This document shows, in pieces, positions 25,140 through 39,109 of a stretch of DNA of 64,000 bases. Origin of the DNA: Octopus sinensis (Eukaryota). A program made the translations under genes and the position numbers. The first letter of the stretch is position 1. Each line of letters starts with the position of its first letter. The stretch spans positions 15,376,001 through 15,440,000 of the forward strand of contig NC_043020.1 of the NCBI RefSeq assembly GCF_006345805.1, in the 5' to 3' direction. The notes beneath the pieces were generated by a model. That model was not told where the DNA came from, made no database searches, and saw only the letters and a program-made list of their open reading frames with translations.

Positions 25140-25559
25140 ACAAACAATGCGGCCGTCGCACATTGTAACGCTTTTGTTTTGTTTTGTCTTTTTTTTATTG
25201 TCGTGTGACAAAATGACACGTGACGAAGTAAAAGTGAAAATATTGCCACTTAATTAAACTGGAATGGTGACATTTTCAAATTTACTACAGGTGAAATATA
25301 ATAATGATGACGACGACGATGATAATGATGATGATGATGATGATTTTTTTTTATTTGTCACAAGGGCAGAGATGAGGCGGACATCACAAGGTCAGGCTAC
25401 GATTTGTGTGAGGGTGGGAGTTACATAAAAGGGAGAGAAAGGGTAAAGACGGTGAAATGGGATAAAATATACTCAGACGCAGGTGCGGCTGCGTGGTAAG
25501 ACGTTTGTTTCCGAACAACATGGTTCCGGGTTCAGTCCCACTGCATGGCATATTGGGCA

Positions 25560-25605
<46 letters not shown>

Positions 25606-26124
25606 TAGATAGATAGATAGATAGACGACAGACTGACAAAAGACAGACAGGCAAACCGTCACATAGAGGGAGAGAGAGGGAGAGAGAAGGTGACAGACAG
25701 ACAGGTGCGTGTGTTTGCCCTCCGTCACCGCTTTACAACCGGTGTTGTTTGTTTACGTCCCCGTAGCTTAGCGGTTCAGCATAAGCGACCGATAGAATAA
25801 GTACTAGACTTTAAAAATAAAAAAAAGTAACAAGTACTGACATCGATTCGTTCGACTAAAATTTTTCAAGCCGGTGCTCCAGCATGACCGCAATCTAATA
25901 TCTGAAACAAGTAAAAGAAGATAAACGATTGTACATAACGTATGTGATAACATGAAAGATGCAGTCTTCCCGGTAGTGGAGTACTTCCAACTAGAGGGTC
26001 AATCAAGGAACCTCACAGATCCAGGATTACCCTGACCACCAAGGGAATAAGCCCTCACTGAACTGTTGTGCTCCAATCTACGAGAAAGTACTGAAAAGTT
26101 GTCGGCATTAAGGATATCTCGAAA

Positions 26125-26276
26125 GGTTTTGTTAGAGGTCCGACCTTCCGAGTTCTTTTCACTAGGCTTAGAAAAACTAAAGAACCGCTGCAATAAGTGT
26201 GTGAATCTCATAGGGGAATACGTTGAATAGAATCATGATAATCCAAAGCCAGGAACTTTTCAGCACCACGCCATAC
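26125..26276 (+). mobile_element. mariner transposase 3' relic
   Basis: EFFSLGLEKLKNRCNKCVNLIGEYVE*, followed by a TIR-like AACTTTTCAGCACC. Confidence 0.65.
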
Positions 26277-26671
26277 AGAAAGCATGTTCAGAGAAGGTCC
26301 ACCCACCCTAACCATTTTTTCCAGTCATCCAACTTTCCATAAATTCACTGGGAGGTTGCACTTCCCTCTCCACTTTCACTTTCTTTTCCAAGTGGGCTTC
26401 ACCTAAGAGGAAAGTGTCTTTTAATAATCATGGCTTCAAATTTCGGCACGAGGCCAGCAATTTCTGGAGAGGGATAGATTAATTACATCAACCCCAATGG
26501 CCAACCGATACTTATTTTACTGACCCCGAAAGGGATGAAAAGCAAAATCAATCTCGGCGGAATTTGAACTCAGAACGTGAAGACAGACGAAATACCACTA
26601 TGCCTTTTGCCCCGATGTGCTAACCATTCTGCCAGCTTGCCACCTTAAGGCGTATTAATATTAGTACAACT

Positions 26672-27140
26672 GAAAGGCGACGAGCTGACAGAATCGTTAG
26701 TACACCGGACGAAATGCTAAGCGGCATTTCGTCCGTCTTTACATTTTGTGTTCAAATTCCGCCTCTTTCGGGGTCGATAAATTAAGTATCAGTGAAACAT
26801 TGGGGTCGATGTAATCGACTTAGTCCCTCTCTGAAAATTTCAGGCCTTGTACCTTTAGTAGAAAGGATTATCATTATCATTATTCCACAGAGATCGACTT
26901 TGCCTTTAATCGTTTTGGGATCGATAAATTAAGTATCAGTGAAACGCTGGGGTCGATGTAATCGACTTAATCCCCCTCCCAAAATTTCTAGCCTTGTACC
27001 TTTAGTAGAAAGGATTATCATTATCATTATTCCGCCGAGGTCGACTTTACCTTACATCGTTTTGGGGTCGATAAAATAAGTACCAGTTGAGTACTGGGGT
27101 CGATGTAATCGATTTAGCTCTCCTCTGAAATTACTGGTCT
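26672..27140 (+). mobile_element. SINE family B multimer
   Basis: Three partial units separated by GAAAGGATTATCATTATCATTATTCC. Confidence 0.8.
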
Positions 27141-27501
27141 TGTACCAAAATTTGAAACCATTATTATTATTTGTATTGTTAGATTGTATTTAATTGTGGT
27201 TAATTACTACTCGAGTTTCTCGTGCTAAAATGCTAACGTGTTTTTTAATAGACTCCCTAATCCACTTCTTTGCAATTTCTTCTTAAGAAGATTAAAAGCC
27301 TGAAGGGTGAAATATGCTAATCAACCTATTAAAGAAACATTGCAAATGATTGCTAATTAGTTGTATCCTGTCGGGAATTATTATCATTTTGTATTAAGAA
27401 AAACAACAAAATAAATCGATACGCACCCCCACACACACAAAATGGCCTTCTTAATGTGGTATGGAATTTCTCTGCAGCGGAAGAACACATGCACATACAT
27501 A

Positions 27502-27750
27502 CCAGGCTGGGCTGAAAAGATGATAGGCTGATCACGATGCAATAGTCGAACTTGACGAAATGTATTTTACTTTTGGACATAGTCTCCCCTGCGGTCCATA
27601 CACTTCTTCCATCGGTGTTGCAGCGCTTGTATTCCCGTGGTGTAGAAGCGCTCATCATGATCCTCAAAAAAGTCCCCAACAGCAGATATGACCTCATCAT
27701 CGGTCCGATACTGCTTCCCAGCCAAGTGTTTTTTCATGTTGGGTAACAGA
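27502..27750 (-). mobile_element. mariner transposase 3' relic with TIR
   Basis: MKKHLAGKQYRTDDEVISAVGDF/EDHDERFYTTGIQALQHRWKKCMDRRGDYVQK*, then a 3' TIR ending ...CAGCCCAGCCTGG-TA. Confidence 0.8.
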
Positions 27751-28101
27751 AAATAGCCAAGTTTTTATATATTTATATATATATAAACATAAATCCCGGG
27801 GTCAGTTTGTTCGACTAACGGCGGTGCTCCAGCATGGCCGCATTCAAATGACTGAAATAAGTAAATGAATAAAAGAATATATATATACACACAATCCGTA
27901 AGTCGGCAGTCCATGAGTCAGAAAAAATACGTACTCGTATTTTTGTCAATAGAATGGGTATATTTCATTCCATAACTGCTATCTCTGAAGAGCGCAGAGG
28001 TACATGATCGGACTGTTACTTAACACTCCGTTGAACCCATTGTGTGAAACCGATTGATAAGATCAGCCGTAATGGATATATAATACTGCATACTTCGATA
28101 C

Positions 28102-28139
<38 letters not shown>

Positions 28140-29609
28140 ATAACTCACACACACACGACGAGGTTTTTTCAGTTTACGCCTACCAAATCAACACAAAAAG
28201 TTTTGGTTGTTGGCCTGGGGCTATAGCAGAAGGTAACACGCAGTGGGGGCTAAATCCATTGCCATGCGATTGAGGAACTTCTTACAATGCGGCCACACCT
28301 GCGCATGCACACACATCAGTATGCATACACTTACGCACACACACACACACACGTAATATCTTAATTCCCAAAATATGCCATTCAAGATTATTTTTCTAAA
28401 CTTTACTTGATTGATCGAAACATTGTTTACTTTCTTGTAAAGAACTGCGACTCTTGTCTTACATTCTTGCCTTATTTTTAACATAACTTCGTACACACCT
28501 TGCTTTCTTCCGCCTCTTTCTCCTTTCTCTTCCTTTCGTTTCCTAGTCGTGTGTTCTCCTCCCTCCCTCCCTTCCTGTCTCTGCCTTTCTCTCTGTCTCT
28601 GTCTATCTGTTTTCTTTCTCTCTCTCTCTCTCTCTCTCTTTCCTCCCTCCACATTTGACGCTTCGAGAATCGGACATTGCGAGAACATTTGAGTAGTTAT
28701 GCAATGAATCACCAATTCTGAATGTATGAGTATATATGTATTTGAGTTGTTTTTTGACTCCTATTTCTAGCAATGCTGGTATTACTTCGTACCCTTGTTT
28801 ATTAATTTGCCTTTAAGTTTAATTGCTAACGGGCCACGTATATTATATTTCATATAAATATATATATATAGGAGAGTTTACGAAAAAAAACCAAAAGACG
28901 AAGACAGGTGGTGTACAAAACAAGCAGATATATTAGTATAACGCTCAGGAATAGAAAAAAGTCTTTTACGTTTCGAGCCTACGCTCTTCTACAGAAAGGG
29001 ATATAGAATAAACAAGGAGAGAAACAAGGAGAGAAAAAAATGTGTGTTGTGGCTATATATATATATATATGGTCACACATGCACACACACAGAGATACTT
29101 ACTCGCATACACACACACGTGTGTGCGTATATATATAGATTGTCTAACAATGTGCAATCAAAGTATGCAATATTACAGATCTGTTTCAGCTGATCTTGTC
29201 AATCGGTTTCGCTCAGCTGTTAAGTAGCCGGATATTACATAGCATAACTGTTATGTAATACCACATGATTTTCAGATGTGGCAAGTATGTTTTACAATGT
29301 CTATAAGCAATGATAATGGCGATTTAGTCATGCATATTGTGTTATGCATATTGCACAGTAGCACCGGTAGTTGTAGCTTCAGAACCGTTTGAATAAAGTA
29401 ATACAGAGAATCATTTGGCTACTTGCTTAAATAAGGACTATTCAACGTTAATTGAAGTGTGTAGTGCTAAAATTCTTAATGACAACAAGAAGCGGTCGGT
29501 CGGTCAGTCGGTCGTATGTACAGGGTGTCTATGAATTACCATTACTATTTGAAGAATTCAGAAAAATATGAAAAATAAGGATAACTTGTTTCAGTCATTT
29601 GACGGTGGC

Positions 29610-30675
29610 TATATATATATATTATATATATATATAATTGTTTTTCGTAATGAGATAAAAAAACCAAGGCTGTGTAGATTTTAGAACATTTATAGACAGA
29701 AGGTCTTACAGCTATTTCCAGGATATTTATTATATCCCTTCATCGGAGACGGTGTGAGAAGGTGGTTAAATAATAATAATTAATTTAGTTAAGATACAAA
29801 ATAGAGAGTGAGGTGGAGGAAAGAAAATAGATGTGAGATATGTAGGGATATTGTATTTGTAGATCCATTTTTTTTTTTAGTCAGAATGGTATACATATAA
29901 GATTCCAATAACTTATGAGTAAAATCCATAGTATTTAAAATTGGTCATTCCAAGTATAGAGTTTATACACAGTCCCCACCAAAATTTTATATACACATGT
30001 TGACATATGATCAACGTTGAACCCCTTATTCGCATAATCACCGAACCTGGAACTTAACTATGGTCTATCTATAGCACTTATTCAGCATTACCTGACACCT
30101 TTGGGTCTCAATGACACCATTACCTCTCATTACCTATATATATATATATATATATATATAATTATATATATATATAATTGTTTTTCGTAATGAGATAAAA
30201 AAACCAAGGCTGTGTAGATTTTAGAACATTTATAGACAGAAGGTCTTACAGCTATTTCCAGGATATTTATTATATCCCTTCATCGGAGACGGTGTGAGAA
30301 GGTGGTTAAATAATAATAATTAATTTAGTTAAGATACAAAATAGAGAGTGAGGTGGAGGAAAGAAAATAGATGTGAGATATGTAGGGATATTGTATTTGT
30401 AGATCCATTTTTTTTTTTAGTCAGAATGGTATACATATAAGATTCCAATAACTTATGAGTAAAATCCAATAGTATTTAAAATTGGTCATTCCAAGTATAG
30501 AGTTTATACACAGTCCCCACCAAAATTTTATATACACATGTTGACATATGATCAACGTTGAACCCCTTATTCGCATAATCACCGAACCTGGAACTTAACT
30601 ATGGTCTATCTATAGCACTTATTCAGCATTACCTGACACCTTTGGGTCTCAATGACACCATTACCTCTCATTACC

Positions 30676-30690
<15 letters not shown>
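29610..30690 (-). repeat. Near-perfect tandem duplication of a 540-nt unit, each carrying an HHR-like motif
   Basis: 29701 equals 30241 (+540); one indel between units; units are bounded by (TA)n. A copy of the terminal ~75 bp is at 34215-34290. Confidence 0.85.
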
Positions 30691-30708
<18 letters not shown>

Positions 30709-31027
30709 TATATATATATAGGACGGGCTATACTTTCAGTTTCCGTCTACCAAATCCACTCACAAGGCTTTGGTCAGCCCGAGGCTATAGTAGAAGACAC
30801 TTTCCCAAGGTGCCACACAGTGGGACTGAACCCGGAATCACTATATATTCATTCTTCATTTCAGATTTATTGTTGTTCTAATTTTATGTCCTTTGTCTGG
30901 AAATATTTCGTCATATATTCTGAACAGAATGACCTAAACAGAACAGAAGGAGACACTTGTGATAGAGAGTCTCTGAAGAGGTCACAAGATGCGTGACGAA
31001 AGACTTCCAGTACATAAAATAAGAGGG

Positions 31028-31330
31028 TGGAGGCGCAATGGCGCAGTGGTTAGGGCAGCGGACTCGCGGTCGGAGGATCGCGATTTCGATTCCCAGACCG
31101 AGCGTTGTGTGTGTTTATTGAGCGAAAACACCTGAAAGCTCCACGAGGCTCCGGCAGGGGGTGGTGGCGACCCCTGTTGTACTCTTTCGCCACAATTTTC
31201 TCTAACTCTCTCTTTCTGTTTCTTGAGTAACGCTTCGATGGACTGGCGTCCTGTCCAGCTGGGTGGGGGGACACATACTCCACAGAAACCGGGCCCATGA
31301 GCCTGGCTAGGCTTGAAAAGGGCGAAAGAA
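31028..31330 (+). mobile_element. tRNA-derived SINE, family C
   Basis: Head GGAGGCGCAATGGCGCAGTGGTTAGGGCAGCG...TTCGATTCCC. Confidence 0.8.
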
Positions 31331-32574
31331 AGAAGAAAGAATAAATCTGAGGTGAAAAACAAATATATATTGTGCGTGTGTTTATTTGGCAAAAAAAGAA
31401 AAGATCATTTCCCCCCAAGTATAACAATATAAATAAAGTTTTATTAGCAAAGCAGAAAACTTCCACGTGGGTTCACTCCATTGGTTGCACGCAACACACG
31501 TAGACAATACAATACAATAAACTGTAAAAAGTTGTAAAGATAATTTATGAACATCCTGTATATGATGATAATTAGAATTCAGATGGCTCAAGGTAGATTT
31601 AAATCACTTAATTTAAAGTGTCGGCTTGGAGATAGGTTGAATAGTATCAAGCTACATTCTTGCCACCATAAAAATGGTTTGCCCTAAACGACAGACATAC
31701 TGACTGCAGTTTGTACGCTAATATAGAAGGTACCCTTGTACAGACTGACAAATAGACGAGGTCACACTTACTTACACATGCAACATAATAAAAAATAGAT
31801 ACACACGTATCTAATGGCGCACACACGTACACACACACACACACACGCACACAAACGCACACACACACGTTCTTTTATTTGTTTTTATCATTTGACTGCG
31901 GCCATGCTGGAGCAGCGCCTTTTAGTCGAAGAAATCGACCTCAGGACTTACTCTCTGTAAGCCTGGTACTTATTCTATCGGTGTATTTTGCCGAACCTCT
32001 AGATTACAGGGACGTAAACACACCAACATCGGTTGCCAAGCAATGGTGGTGGCACAAACATACGCAAAGGCACACATAATATATACACATATATATATAT
32101 ATGTGTAAAAAAATACAAACTGGGACAAGAACGCAAAACATTTAGAAGACGATACAAAAAACACGGACGGGACATTCGAAGCCGTCAACCTTCAGTCAAG
32201 AACCAGATCATCCTCGCAATTTCGATATATATATAAGCAATAATAAATCTCTGATATATATATAGACGTAGGCGTGGTTCAGTGGTAAGAAGATTGCATC
32301 CCAACCACATGGTTCCGGGTTCAGTCCCACTGCGTGGCACCTTGGGCAAGTGTCTTGTCAATCAAAGCCTTGTGAGTAGATTTGGTAGACGGAAACTGAA
32401 AGAAGTCCGTCGTAATATATACATATATAAAGTATTAGTGTCGATTTGTCCGACTAAAAGGCGGTGCTACAGCATGGCCGCAGTCAAAAATGACTGAAAC
32501 AAATAAAAGAATAAAAAACAAAATAAAATAGAAAAAAGAATATGACCTCTCCTCGGGTTAAACAGCAACAACAC

Positions 32575-33210
32575 CTCACCACCACCATTACTAATACTAC
32601 CACCACCACTAACAACAAAAATAACAGTAGGTATAAACACACGGACGCAGACACACCACCACCATCTTACCACCACCACCACCACCACCAGCACCACCAG
32701 CACCATCCTACCACCACCACCATCACACCACCACTACCACCACCACCACCATCATCCTACCACCATCACACCACCACCACCAGCTTCACACCACCACCAC
32801 CACCACCACCAGCACCATCCTACCACCACCACCATCACACCACCACTACCACCACCACCACACACCACCACCATCCTACCACCACCACCAGCTTCACACA
32901 CCACCACCACCACCACCATCCTACCACCACCACCAGCTTCACACCACCACCACCATCACACCACCACCACCACCACCACCACCATCATCCTACCACCACC
33001 ACCACCATCACACCACCACTACCACCACCACCACCATCATCCTACCACACCACCACCACCACCACCACATCACACCACCACTACCACCACACCACCATCA
33101 TCTACCACCACACCACCATCCTACCACCACCACCACCATCACACCACCACTACCACCACCACCACCATCATCCTACCACCACCACCACCACCACCACTAC
33201 TACTACATCT
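32575..33210. repeat. (CAC)n array with CATCCTAC higher-order units
   Basis: Direct repeats. Confidence 0.9.
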
Positions 33211-35069
33211 AACCCATCAAGTAAACTCACACACTTTATTAAAATATATTCAATAATGCAAACAAACCAGAGATATGATGAATGATTTGCTTTATTTACG
33301 GTTTTTTGTGCTCCTAACCTTGCGACATTAAAATTTAGTCCATTGTTATAAGACAAAGGTTGTTTAACAAGTTTCTTTAGTAAACATTGTATTTACGTGT
33401 AAAGTGACAATCGGGTGCATGTGAATGCGCAAAATATATTGCATATATACGGGTGCAAACGTGCCTGTGTGGCAACATGGTTGCTGTCCAACCACATGAT
33501 GGTCCGAGATTCGGTCTCTCTGAAATAAGCTCATCGCACATGTATGTGTGTGAGATTGTGTGTGTGGGAGAGATTGTGTGTGTGTGTGTGTGTGTGACAT
33601 TGTGTCTGTGTTTGTCCCACCACTATCGCTTGACAGCCGGTGTTGGTGCGTTTATGTCCTCGTAACTTAGCGGTCTCACTGAAAGAAGTTTATCGTATAT
33701 GTGTGTGTGTGTGAGATTGTGTGCGTGTGTGTGAGATTGTGTGCGTGTGTGTGAGATTGTGTATGTCTGTGTGTGTGAGTGAGATTGTGTGTGTGTGTGT
33801 GAGAGATTGTGTCTGTGTTTGTCCCACCATCATCGCTTGACAGCCGGTGTTGGTGCGTTTACGTCCCTGTAACTTGGCGGTTCGGCAATGGAAAACAATA
33901 GAATAAGTACTAGGCATACCAAAAAGAAAAAAAAAGAAAAAAAAGGAAAAAAGTACCGAGGTCTATCCATTCGACTAAAAGTTCTTTAAGCTGGTGCCCC
34001 AGCATGACCGCAGTCTAATGCCTGAAACAAGTTAAAAGTAAAAGGTAAAAAGGTAACCATACAAATTTACTATATTCTGGGTAAATTGTTTAAAAAAAAA
34101 CATATTGACTGTCTTGAATTAGTCTAGGAACATCGATTTCGTCCGAATTATTTCTTCTAAGCTTCCAGGCCACCCAAAAGAAGGTTTGAGTGGAGCTTCA
34201 TAAAAGTGTCACTAACTATGGTCTATCTATAGCATTACCTGACACCTTTGGGTCTCAATGACACCATTACCTCTCATTACCTATATATATACGAAGCTTA
34301 AATGTCCAGAAACAAGCAAGAGTAAAGTCTCCGGCTTTCCAATGAGACGGAATTTCCTTCTCCTATATTTCGTTTTTGGATTTGGTTTGCAAGATTCTTT
34401 ATGTGAGTTCGTGTGTTGAAGCATATTCTGTTATATCTGGGGAGAGTCATTTTCTTTTTGTGCCTTATAATTCAACACATTCACCGGTAAAATTTCCACT
34501 TATTTCTTATTTTTATTTTCCTTAAGTTTCCGTTGCGTCTTGCAACCTTTTCAATAGTCTTGACTCTCCTATAGATATGTCTAAACAAAGTCTAGTTCAG
34601 TGGTTCTCAACCGGGGGTCCACGTGACCCGAGTGAAGATGCGTGGCTTAGTGGTTAGAGCATTCGGGCTCATGATCGTAGGGTATTCGGCTCACGTTGTG
34701 TCCTTGAGCAAGACACTTTATTTCACGTTGCTCCAGTTCGCTCAACTGGTAAAGATGAGTCGTACCTGTATTTCAAAGGGACAGCTTTGTCACATTCTGT
34801 GTCACGCTGAATCTCCCTGAGAACTATGCTAAGGATACGCTTGTCTCAGCCACTTGCATATTAATTTCACGAGTAGGCTGTTCCGTTAATCGGGTCAATC
34901 GAATCCTCGTCGTCGTAAGCGACGAAGTGCCAGTTCTACATGACCCTATAAAATTTTGTTGTTAAAATTTATAAGCAATAAATTACTTATACTTCTACAA
35001 TGCATGAAATATTCTAGCAATTTTTTTAATACAAATCCTAATAATATTTAATTATAGAAATATAGTTAC

Positions 35070-35465
35070 TCTTTTACTCTTTTACTTGTTTCAGTCATTT
35101 GACTGTGATCATGCTGGAGCACCGCCTTTAGTCGAGTATATCGACCCCAGGACTTATTCTTTGTAAGCCTAGTACTTATTCGATCGGTCTCTTTTACGAG
35201 GACGTAAACACTCCAGCATCGGTTGTCAAGCGATGTTGGAGGCGGGGGATGGGAAGACAGACACACAAACATATACACACACATACATATATATACAAAT
35301 GTACGACGGGCTTCTTTCAGTTTCCGTCTACCAAATCCACTCACAAGGCTTTGGTCGGCCCGAGGCTACAGTAGAAACCACTTGCCCTAGGTGTCACGCA
35401 GTGGGACTGAACCCGGAACCATGTGGTTGGTTAGGAAGCTACTTACCACACAGCTACTCCTACTC
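35070..35465 (-). mobile_element. SINE family A
   Basis: Reverse complement of the consensus. Confidence 0.85.
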
Positions 35466-36135
35466 CTGGGAACTTTTTAAACATCGAAATGCTAAGGGGG
35501 ACGGAGTGGGTCCATCCGAATAAAAAAAAAAAGGATTCGAATGGGATCCATAGGCGAAAAATGGCTAAGAACTGCTGGTCTAGGGAGTTTCTCATTCCCA
35601 GCCGTCCTTTGACAGGTTTTGTTTTACGTTCTGCTGGGTGTCCAATGAAAACCACCCTCCTTACCTAGCAGGCTCGGCTACCCTAGTGCATACATACATA
35701 CATGCACGCATACATATGTAACATTCGCTGACACATACATATACAGGTCAGCGCATACATATACTTCATAGAGAGGCACAAAGGAACACTGATGCATGTG
35801 TATAATACAAGTATACGTGTGTGTATAGCGAAAATTGGTTGTGCATTATCAAGGGCGCATATAAACAGAACTTGTGTACATATTTAGACAGACAATTATC
35901 TATGTATACAAATGCACAAACACACATACACACTCATACACACACACTTATACGTATACGCACGAACATGTGTATGTGCATCAATTACTTGCTTGGGACA
36001 AGCATATCTACATATCTACTCTATTTTTAAGGTGTTTCTCTCGTCAATCTAGTGAGAATATGTCCCACGTGAATAAAGAACTTCAGTTCGCCGATCAAAG
36101 CTGTTGCACCAAAAAACCACCGCTTCAGCCAATTA

Positions 36136-36237
<102 letters not shown>

Positions 36238-36288
36238 CTGCTGCTACTACTACTACTACTACTACTACTACTAATACTACTACTACTA

Positions 36289-36344
<56 letters not shown>

Positions 36345-36931
36345 TTACAACTACTACTACTACCACCACCATTATTCCCTAATGCCATTGCAACAAATAT
36401 GCTGCGTCACACCACCCACCGCAACCACCACCACCACCTCGACCATCACACACCCTTACTCCCACCACCACTATTTATCAGTACCTTTCTGTACCACCAT
36501 CAATGCCACCGCTGCCTCCACCACCACCACCACCACCACCACAACTCTGCACGACTTTCAACTTTAACAACAACGCAATAACCGGTATATTCGTTCTTAA
36601 GTCAGTAGGGCTGGAGGTGGTACAGTACCGGACCTCTTATCCGGCTCTTCCAGAAATCCGGAATTTCAAGAAATCTGGGGAACACTTTGCAATTCCGTGC
36701 GATATACAGCACTCTGCATTGAGTAAACAGACCCGGTTTTCGAAGCTAATTTGCATACGGTGTGTTAAAAGCTGTTTTGTTCTTAATTATTTTCAAATGC
36801 ATTGATAAACATTAAAATACTCTGCTTTATTAGCGTACTAATTTGCAGCCGTATCTTTTAAATAAAATCCTGTCCTTTACGCTGAATGTCGCTTATTTTT
36901 CTATATACTGCCATGTCTAGCAGATAGGTAT

Positions 36932-36978
36932 CCAGTACTGACGAAGGGAAATATCCTGAAACCAGACTGGTCTACTGG
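36932..36978 (+). ncRNA. Type I hammerhead ribozyme motif (full consensus, extended stem I)
   Basis: CCAGTA-CTGACGA-AGG(GAAATAT)CCT-GAA-ACCAG-A-CTGGT-C|TACTGG; GUC site after 36972; stem I extends over 36908-37000. Confidence 0.8.
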
Positions 36979-38174
36979 TTTTGTCACTGCTACATGGTAG
37001 GGGTTCGCTTCCCTGCTCGCAGTATATTGGACACAGATTATGTCTTTAATCAGCTGGCGAAGATGTCCTCTAGCGGTTAAAGAAAATGGTAGTAGCTAAA
37101 TCCATACGGAACAGCCATGTTGAAGTGGCAACAAACATTACTTTTCATGTTCTTTAAATTTTTTTTTGTTTAATTTTCATAATACCTCATACTGCATGCA
37201 TGGTACGTTATGATATATTTTAAGAATTTTAAGTTGATTTATAAACATCAGACTCTACTCTAGAAGTATATTACTTTAGTTTCAAATTTTGGTACAAGGC
37301 CAGCAAATTCGGGGGAAGGAATTACTCTATAGATAGGTTGTGGAGCCACCTAATGTGACTCTACTCAGAAGGCTGTAATATCATTTGACAGGAACACGGT
37401 ATAAAGAAATACATAGTACAAGGTGGTAACTTTAAATGTCTTTAATGCCGGCCACACATATATACAAGCTGAATGATAAATAGAAATGGTTGATGAACAC
37501 TTATTCATATATCTACATGCATCTGCGTGAGTTGTATGTTTGCCGTTAACCATGGTGATGTTGTTCACGAACAGCGATATGTTAGAACCTGTGCAGTGTT
37601 GTTGGTGCTGTGTAGAGATGTTGCTGACGACGTCAGTGAGAGACATGATGGTGGCGACAAAGATGGTGGTCGCTGTAATGCTGTTGTCTGGCGTCGTCGC
37701 TGGAACTGGCTGTCGTGTGGTCAGTGGTTAAACCTTAGAAGGTATGGAACCAACAGACCTCGAGACTAGGAGGAGGTGAGATTTTATAGCTAATGGTAGG
37801 TTCAAAATTGGAGTTTAGAACAGATTGTCTCACGTGATTTATTTGGTGGTTGCGATTGGTTAGGTTGCATATTAACGCACGATGGAGTAAGAGACTAATT
37901 GCGCCAATACCAACCAATCAGAGTACTGGACACAACGGGGTCTAAACAGCGGTCAAAGGTTAGCTGTTATCTGCTCGCGTGTGTATCGTTGGCGATTTTT
38001 TTCCCTCTGTCTTCCCTTCCTTGGATCTTTCCTATTTCCATGTTTCTGACAAAGAACTCCGCTCGAAACGTTAAATCCTCCTTCTTTCTTTCCTTTCCTG
38101 AGCGTCCAATAACACTATACTTGTTCCACGTCCTCGCGTTGCTGTGTTTTCTCTTTGTGTTTTCATATTTGGAT

Positions 38175-38240
<66 letters not shown>

Positions 38241-38244
<4 letters not shown>

Positions 38245-38387
38245 AATTAAGGACTGAACACGAAAAGTGAACAGTCAACATGCTAGATATAGACGTCAAA
38301 TCGCCATTCTCCACAAAGAGAATGGCGATTGACGTCTATATCTAGCATGTTGACTGTCCACTTTTCGTGTTCAGTCCTTAATTGGTA
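38241..38387. repeat. Near-perfect 70-bp inverted repeat (hairpin MITE) in (TA)n
   Basis: Arms 38241-38311 and 38318-38387, loop CACAAA, one mismatch and one bulge. Confidence 0.9.
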
Positions 38388-38502
38388 TATATAAATATTT
38401 TAATCTTCGGATTCTTTTTAATATGCTAAACCACTGGTTTTAATTGACTAATATCAATTCCTACCCTTAATTAATTTTATATATATATATATATATATAA
38501 TA

Positions 38503-38533
<31 letters not shown>

Positions 38534-38930
38534 ATAGAGAGAGGAAGTTCACTAGAGTTCGCGACAACTCGATTACACCGACTCCAGTGTTCAACTGGTA
38601 CTTATTTTATTCATACATATGTACGTACATGCATACATACAACATTTTCGTACGTCGGGGCCTCGAAGGCCATCAAGTCACCTCTAAGATAACTGATGAC
38701 TGGCACCGTAACTTTATTTGAAGTTGCACACCATCAGCCTCGCTCTTTCGTCTGTTTCCATCTCCACCCCAGTGGCAAAATTAGGTCATTTCCATCACTG
38801 TTGCCCAAGGTGCCACGCAGTGGGACTGAACCCGGAACCATGTGGTTGGTTAGCAAGCTACTTACCACACAGCTACTCTTTAGACATGGGTACGCTGGGC
38901 TGTCACCACATGGGTTTAGGGGTCCAAGTC

Positions 38931-39109
38931 CACTAGCGTAGCAAGAATGAATGTCGCCCGGGGCGGCCCTTCCGTTTGCCGCCCGAGGCGTCCCCTTCCG
39001 TTTGCCGCCCCCATAAAAATCACATATTGCCTATAGCAGACCCAAAAGCGGTGCCCCTTTAAAAGTGCCGCCCGGGGCGAACCGCCCCCCCCCCCCGGCT
39101 ACGTTACTG
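38931..39109. mobile_element. hAT-type MITE
   Basis: Ends CACTAGCGTAGC / GCTACGTTACTG; 8-bp TSD TCCAAGTC / CCCAAGTC (7/8 match). Confidence 0.7.

Noticed and set aside
27981-28063. ATCT-CTGAAGA-long stem-GAAACCGATTGATA-AGAT HHR-like motif
   Set aside because: Stem III has a mismatch next to the core in both this copy and the related one at ~29190, and stem II closes with G-U. At best a relic.
37365-37769. Overlapping ORFs with Thr/Asn-rich, N-glycosylation-like sequence
   Set aside because: Stop immediately upstream, no usable splice sites, and the composition looks like decayed triplet repeats.
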